Shown here one piece after another: positions 59,603 to 64,000 of a DNA stretch of 64,000 bases (within the stretch, counting starts at the first letter, position 1; each line of letters begins with the position of its first letter). This DNA is from Promethearchaeota archaeon (lineage in GTDB: Archaea; Asgardarchaeota; Lokiarchaeia; Sigyniarchaeales; SOKP01): NCBI GenBank assembly GCA_048938005.1, contig JBHLMQ010000008.1, positions 43,224 to 107,223 of the forward strand. Direction: 5' to 3'. A program made the position numbers and the translations under genes. The notes under the pieces are model-generated. The model searched no databases and was not told the DNA's origin. It saw nothing but the letters and a program-made list of their open reading frames with translations.

Positions 59603-62374
59603 ATGATGTTGTGTTATAATATCCTTCGTTTGTCAGTTCGCGCAACTGGTCTCCACTCCGCTGAAGAGGATAATAGAATGGGTAGAGAGAAAGAATTTAA
59701 CTTTCTAGTAGGTTTAATTCATAAATTAGCAATAGATAAAAAAATCTTAAGTTCAGGTTGGCCCATTATTGAGATAATTCATAATAAACCTTTATTATCT
59801 GTTGATGTAGACCCTACTGATTATACTGTCGTTGGGAGTAATCTCTATTTCTATCGAACTTTAGAAGACATTGTGTTCCAAAATGTAGGTGAATGGATTT
59901 CATATTCTTATATACCGGATTATTATAACGCCCTAGACTATAACATACATATTTACTTCTCTACACTCATACCTAACGGTATCCCTCCTTCAATCTCGTA
60001 TGAGGAAGGCCCAGCTGAGTCGTGGGCAATAACACATCTGGGAGAATATCCACCTACCCCATATACTCCGACTAAACCTCTTGAGATTATTAACACCACC
60101 GCCGATGAGCTTAGTAGGATTGCCTTAGCCCAAGCAAGTTCTTATGCCATTTCTGATTATTTCAATCAATATTGGATGGCAGCAGAAGATGGACAAAATA
60201 AGGCTTCTTTAGATTATACGATACTTGTTACGTTCTGGTCAACGTTAATTTCGAACCTTATACTTGTGCCTATTACTGCTGGAATCTATTTTAAGAGCCC
60301 CTTCTTTTCTACAGCCTCACAAATGACTTACAGTCGATTGCTGGGTATATCCGCACTTAGTATACCAAAAAGTATCTTATCCGAAATTTATGAAGAATTG
60401 TACGTAGATCCTGTGATTGAGAATTGGATAGCGGCATGGTTTTATGAGGCAGGATGGGATTCAGAAGCAGCAGAGTTCTGGTCGATGATTGTTACTTCCT
60501 TTAGAGAAGCATTCTTTGGCGCAGCATCCGATCTAATAAAGGGTGCGATAAAAGGGGTAAGGGGGCCTAAAATAGACATTAATATTAATATTGATACTTT
60601 AATCCAACAGAAGGTAAAATTGGAAAATACGCAAGTATTGAAATCACTTGTTATAAAGGGTGCTCTTGTGGGTATTGGGCTTACTGCTGCAAGTTGTATC
60701 TTTGGAGGGTCGAATCTTGGAGTCTTGACCGCGGCTTTAGGTGTTGCTACTGATGTGGCTATCGACAAACTTCAGACCAAATACCAGATAGAAATGCTTG
60801 ATCAAAAAATAGGAGAAATGGTTGGAGAGATAACCAAGGTGCGTCCTGATCTTGCCGCTGATATTACGTGGGTTTTAAATTCACCGACGGTAAGGATCGT
60901 TCCATTACTCACTAATCCACTAACTACATCAGCCAGCCAAGTAGCATCTCAATCGATCTCCTCACTGAGCACATTAGGTGTTACCGAGCATTATATTCAA
61001 GAAGTTATGGATATGGTAAATTCACAGCCCAATTTCAATGAATTTTCCCATGAAATAACCTTAACAGACTATGGAAAAATGCTTATAGAGCAGTATGGAT
61101 TTGCTCCTATGGGTGGTTTAAAACTTCCTGATGGGAGAAATACTTGGGAGTTAGGAAAACTAAAACCAATAGAAGATATGAATTTAGCAGAATATCAAGC
61201 GTTTTTAAAGTCTATAAGTAGTAAATATGCCGAAACTGTTGAAATTTTGAAAATTGAAGATAAAGAAAGCTACAAAGTAAAAGATCGACAATCTTTGGAA
61301 AAACTGATTAATTCAATTAATGAAGAGAGATTAACCAATGGAGAATCAGGAGTTTGGGGAGTAGTTTATAAAATTACAGATCCGAGAACTGGTTTTAAAC
61401 GTATAGGAAAAACAGAAGATAATACGGATTTTTTATTTATTGATCGTCTAAAATCATATATAAGAAAAGCCCAGAAGATATCTCAACCAAATGTCAGATT
61501 AAACGCTTTTGAAGTAAATTTAGCTGATTATTTTGGATTTTCTCAGGGTGAAAACCTCGAACTGGAACCAAAATCATTTATTGATGATTTTTTTACTGGA
61601 TATGACGTTGAAATTTGGTTATGTGATGATCAAGTAGAACTATTTGCATTAGAAGTTTTAATCACGCTATACACTAATAGAATAAGTAACGAAGTAGGGT
61701 TTGATCTTCGAAAGAATAATTTATTTAATAAAGTTGTAGGACCTTTAATGTATAACTTAGAAAAGATAAAAGCATATAATCTAGATAAATTAGAATCAAT
61801 ACTTACGAAGTGCTTTGATCGTGCACTAACTAGGGAATTGGCATTTAAAAGATTTGTAGATGAGGGAATAAGAGTAAGAAGTGAATCAATCTTCGATAAA
61901 TATTGCGAGATAATAAAAGGAACTACTTATTATAATGCGATGAATAAACATATTATTGAAGAAGCATCAATATCTTCAGATTTGGATGTTAGAACAGCTT
62001 CATGGTTAAAGGATAAATTTAGTAGAGAAAAACTAAGTACATTGTTATGGACAGTAGAAGGTCCTGATGGAAATATAAAACCTCTTTTCCTAGGATTCCA
62101 TCTTAGTGATGATTCAGGGAGTGGTTTCCTGCATTCATTTCTAGAGCATAGAAGTAAATTTGCAAAATGGTTTATTAGAGCTGATAATCGACAGCCACTT
62201 GTATCATGTAGAATGGTATCTGAACTTGTCTACAATGCAATAAAATACAATGATTTTACTCCATTAGGAAATAATAGATATAAATATAATTTCATTTATA
62301 ATCTTAAACCAATATCATTTATCATAGAATTGAATAGTATTACTGGTGAAATAGAGAAAATAGAACCACAATAG
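59603..62374 (+). CDS. Probable C-terminal part of a polymorphic-toxin-like protein: hydrophobic helices, GIY-YIG-like domain, C-terminal BECR-like RNase domain
   Basis: 'WGVVYKITDPRTGFKRIGKTE' near 61355; terminal 'LFLG...SGSGFLHSFLEHRSKF'. First ~25 codons look non-native. Confidence 0.55.
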   Translation: MMLCYNILRLSVRATGLHSAEEDNRMGREKEFNFLVGLIHKLAIDKKILSSGWPIIEIIHNKPLLSVDVDPTDYTVVGSNLYFYRTLEDIVFQNVGEWISYSYIPDYYNALDYNIHIYFSTLIPNGIPPSISYEEGPAESWAITHLGEYPPTPYTPTKPLEIINTTADELSRIALAQASSYAISDYFNQYWMAAEDGQNKASLDYTILVTFWSTLISNLILVPITAGIYFKSPFFSTASQMTYSRLLGISALSIPKSILSEIYEELYVDPVIENWIAAWFYEAGWDSEAAEFWSMIVTSFREAFFGAASDLIKGAIKGVRGPKIDININIDTLIQQKVKLENTQVLKSLVIKGALVGIGLTAASCIFGGSNLGVLTAALGVATDVAIDKLQTKYQIEMLDQKIGEMVGEITKVRPDLAADITWVLNSPTVRIVPLLTNPLTTSASQVASQSISSLSTLGVTEHYIQEVMDMVNSQPNFNEFSHEITLTDYGKMLIEQYGFAPMGGLKLPDGRNTWELGKLKPIEDMNLAEYQAFLKSISSKYAETVEILKIEDKESYKVKDRQSLEKLINSINEERLTNGESGVWGVVYKITDPRTGFKRIGKTEDNTDFLFIDRLKSYIRKAQKISQPNVRLNAFEVNLADYFGFSQGENLELEPKSFIDDFFTGYDVEIWLCDDQVELFALEVLITLYTNRISNEVGFDLRKNNLFNKVVGPLMYNLEKIKAYNLDKLESILTKCFDRALTRELAFKRFVDEGIRVRSESIFDKYCEIIKGTTYYNAMNKHIIEEASISSDLDVRTASWLKDKFSREKLSTLLWTVEGPDGNIKPLFLGFHLSDDSGSGFLHSFLEHRSKFAKWFIRADNRQPLVSCRMVSELVYNAIKYNDFTPLGNNRYKYNFIYNLKPISFIIELNSITGEIEKIEPQ

Positions 62375-62382
62375 TGATTTAA

Positions 62383-62844
62383 ATGAAAGTAATGATTAAG
62401 AAAGTGGGAATAAGTACATTTAATCCTGATACTGATGAAATTTTTGATTTTTGGATTTTAGGACGACTTCAAACTATGAGAGAAATTAGAATTTTTGATA
62501 ATCTTCCATACGATTTAAGAGATATGGAAAATCAGGAGATTGACTGCTTACTTTTTATGACTCTAAGTGGTATTCCAGTAGATCACAAAACCGAGGATCA
62601 ATTAAAAACTCCTATTTTAAAAGGATATTATTTAGGTAAATACAAGCTATCAGACAAATGGCGAATTCCTAAATATATAAAATTAAAATATGATCACATT
62701 AAAGAATTCCACGCTATTCAGGTAGAAAATGACATTTTTTTAATTTCTCCATCTGATATCGAATATTATTCAGTAAAAAAAGGGGAAGAATTTACGTTCC
62801 AAGCAATAGAGTTTGAATTATTGACTTGGAACCCAATTAAATAA
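62383..62844 (+). CDS. Hypothetical protein, candidate immunity protein
   Basis: Starts 8 nt after the toxin-like ORF; 153 aa. Confidence 0.5.
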   Translation: MKVMIKKVGISTFNPDTDEIFDFWILGRLQTMREIRIFDNLPYDLRDMENQEIDCLLFMTLSGIPVDHKTEDQLKTPILKGYYLGKYKLSDKWRIPKYIKLKYDHIKEFHAIQVENDIFLISPSDIEYYSVKKGEEFTFQAIEFELLTWNPIK

Positions 62845-62947
62845 GAAGTAAGTTTATTTTTATAAAATGAAAATACAAGGATGTGATTATAGAATTAAAA
62901 AAGTCAAAATCAAACCTCCTTCTCCATTATCTATAAAAGATTGAGAT

Positions 62948-63664
62948 TCAATCTCTATCTTTATTCGATTTAGAGAAATTCTTTAGTTTTACAAATTTCT
63001 TAATAACGCTTATTTTTTCATCCATATTAGGAAAAGCTGATTCTTGAAGTTCTTTAATAATTGACTCATATTCAAATATTGTCAAAAAATTTAAAGATAT
63101 TCGCACCATCATATTTTCAACCTCTGCGGTATTTCTGTCTTTGATATAATTTTTCATACTACTAATATATGTTTTTTTAGCATCCCCAACACCCTTCTCA
63201 CTTAATCTTTCCAATATTTCAAGCCAATAAATAGCATTATCGGAAAAAGGTACTTTTTGTACTTGATCATTGAAATCTTTCAACTCCCTTGAGAGTATCT
63301 CATTTGCGTTTTGAACATTAATTTCCACACAATCTAGTATGAAATTAAACCAACTTTCTCCTGTCTCATCAGCAAAAACTTCAAATATCTCAAAAGAATC
63401 TGAAAGGTCTTCAAGACATTGAGATAATAATTCTTTTGCTGTCACAATACCTAATTTTGAAAGATCCATCATGATTTCAAGCCCAGGTTGAGAAAATGAG
63501 GGAGGATCCGTTATTTTTAAAATCTCCTCCCATTTTTTGTCTGAAAAAATCTTTAAATATCTCCCCTTAATCTTATCAAATAAATCCCAATCGAATTTAC
63601 CATCAATAAATTGATTTTCAATCCATTCTTTATCTTCATTAGATAATGTAGCCATTCTTATCAC
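62948..63664 (-). CDS. Hypothetical acidic helical protein
   Basis: 238-aa ORF with no motif I recognise. Confidence 0.55.
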   Translation of the reverse strand: MIRMATLSNEDKEWIENQFIDGKFDWDLFDKIKGRYLKIFSDKKWEEILKITDPPSFSQPGLEIMMDLSKLGIVTAKELLSQCLEDLSDSFEIFEVFADETGESWFNFILDCVEINVQNANEILSRELKDFNDQVQKVPFSDNAIYWLEILERLSEKGVGDAKKTYISSMKNYIKDRNTAEVENMMVRISLNFLTIFEYESIIKELQESAFPNMDEKISVIKKFVKLKNFSKSNKDRD

Positions 63665-63829
63665 GTTTCAATTATTGTCTTAACATATAATAAATGTAAT
63701 AGAAATATATCTTTTCCTAATTTTTTCCAATTTATTCTTACCTCCCTCCCCCGTGGTGCCCCCTTCTGAAAGAGTATGTGGAAAGTACTGAAATAATCCT
63801 ATAAATAGCTTTAAGTTTTAAAGTATAAC

Positions 63830-64000
63830 TTAATATTCAATTGTCTCTATAGTTTCTATTTTTTCAAAATGTGTTACATTTCTAGTTATAATTTTTGTGA
63901 TTCCATTGGACAGCATGATCCCGGCGATAAGAATGTCATTGTCGTCAATTAAATTTCCTTTGGATTCAAGGATATCATAGATTTCAGCAGCTTTTTCTGC
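63830..64000 (-). CDS. vapC: PIN-domain VapC-type toxin, 3' part (runs off the window)
   Basis: AEKAAEIYDILESKGNLIDDNDILIAGIMLSNGITKIITRNVTHFEKI matches the VapC 'D.LIA...T.N..HF' signature. Confidence 0.85.
   Translation of the reverse strand, partial: AEKAAEIYDILESKGNLIDDNDILIAGIMLSNGITKIITRNVTHFEKIETIETIEY

Noticed and set aside
285-60768. Short antisense or nested ORFs in the track (e.g. 285..554, 4657..4932, 31036..31335, 31965..32333, 38054..38461, 60442..60768)
   Set aside because: Shadows of well-supported genes, with no recognisable motifs.
1-64000. CRISPR array, rRNA, transposase or integrase
   Set aside because: No regularly spaced repeats, long GC-rich structural RNA or recombinase motifs seen.

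Overview
AT-rich archaeal window whose gene content points to a Lokiarchaeia (Asgard) genome: longin and roadblock domains, Rab/Arf-like small GTPases, a gelsolin-like protein, a ubiquitin-like domain and an intron-containing tRNA. Main blocks: (i) a corrinoid/methyltransferase pair; (ii) a solenoid / glutamate-cysteine-ligase-fold / ubiquitin-like trio with a relic duplicate of the ligase 3' end; (iii) a ~13.5 kb mevalonate/isoprenoid cluster (uppS, HMGS, ubiX, class II HMGR, UbiD-type decarboxylase, two-subunit aconitase-X dehydratase, MvaD-like decarboxylase, mvk, IPK-IDI2 fusion, GGPP synthase); (iv) a 28.7-45.7 kb longin/roadblock/GTPase signalling neighbourhood; (v) metabolic genes and a two-intron tRNA-Leu(CAG); (vi) a truncated polymorphic-toxin-like locus and a partial VapC. 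The two strongest signals missed by the ORF track are RNA-level. One is a 31-nt bulge-helix-bulge-like intron splitting the GE|H motif of the mevalonate kinase gene. The other is an in-frame UGA plus a eukaryote-type SECIS in the 3' UTR of an uncharacterised gene, a candidate selenoprotein of a family I do not recognise. All calls come from reading motifs by eye; no searches were run.
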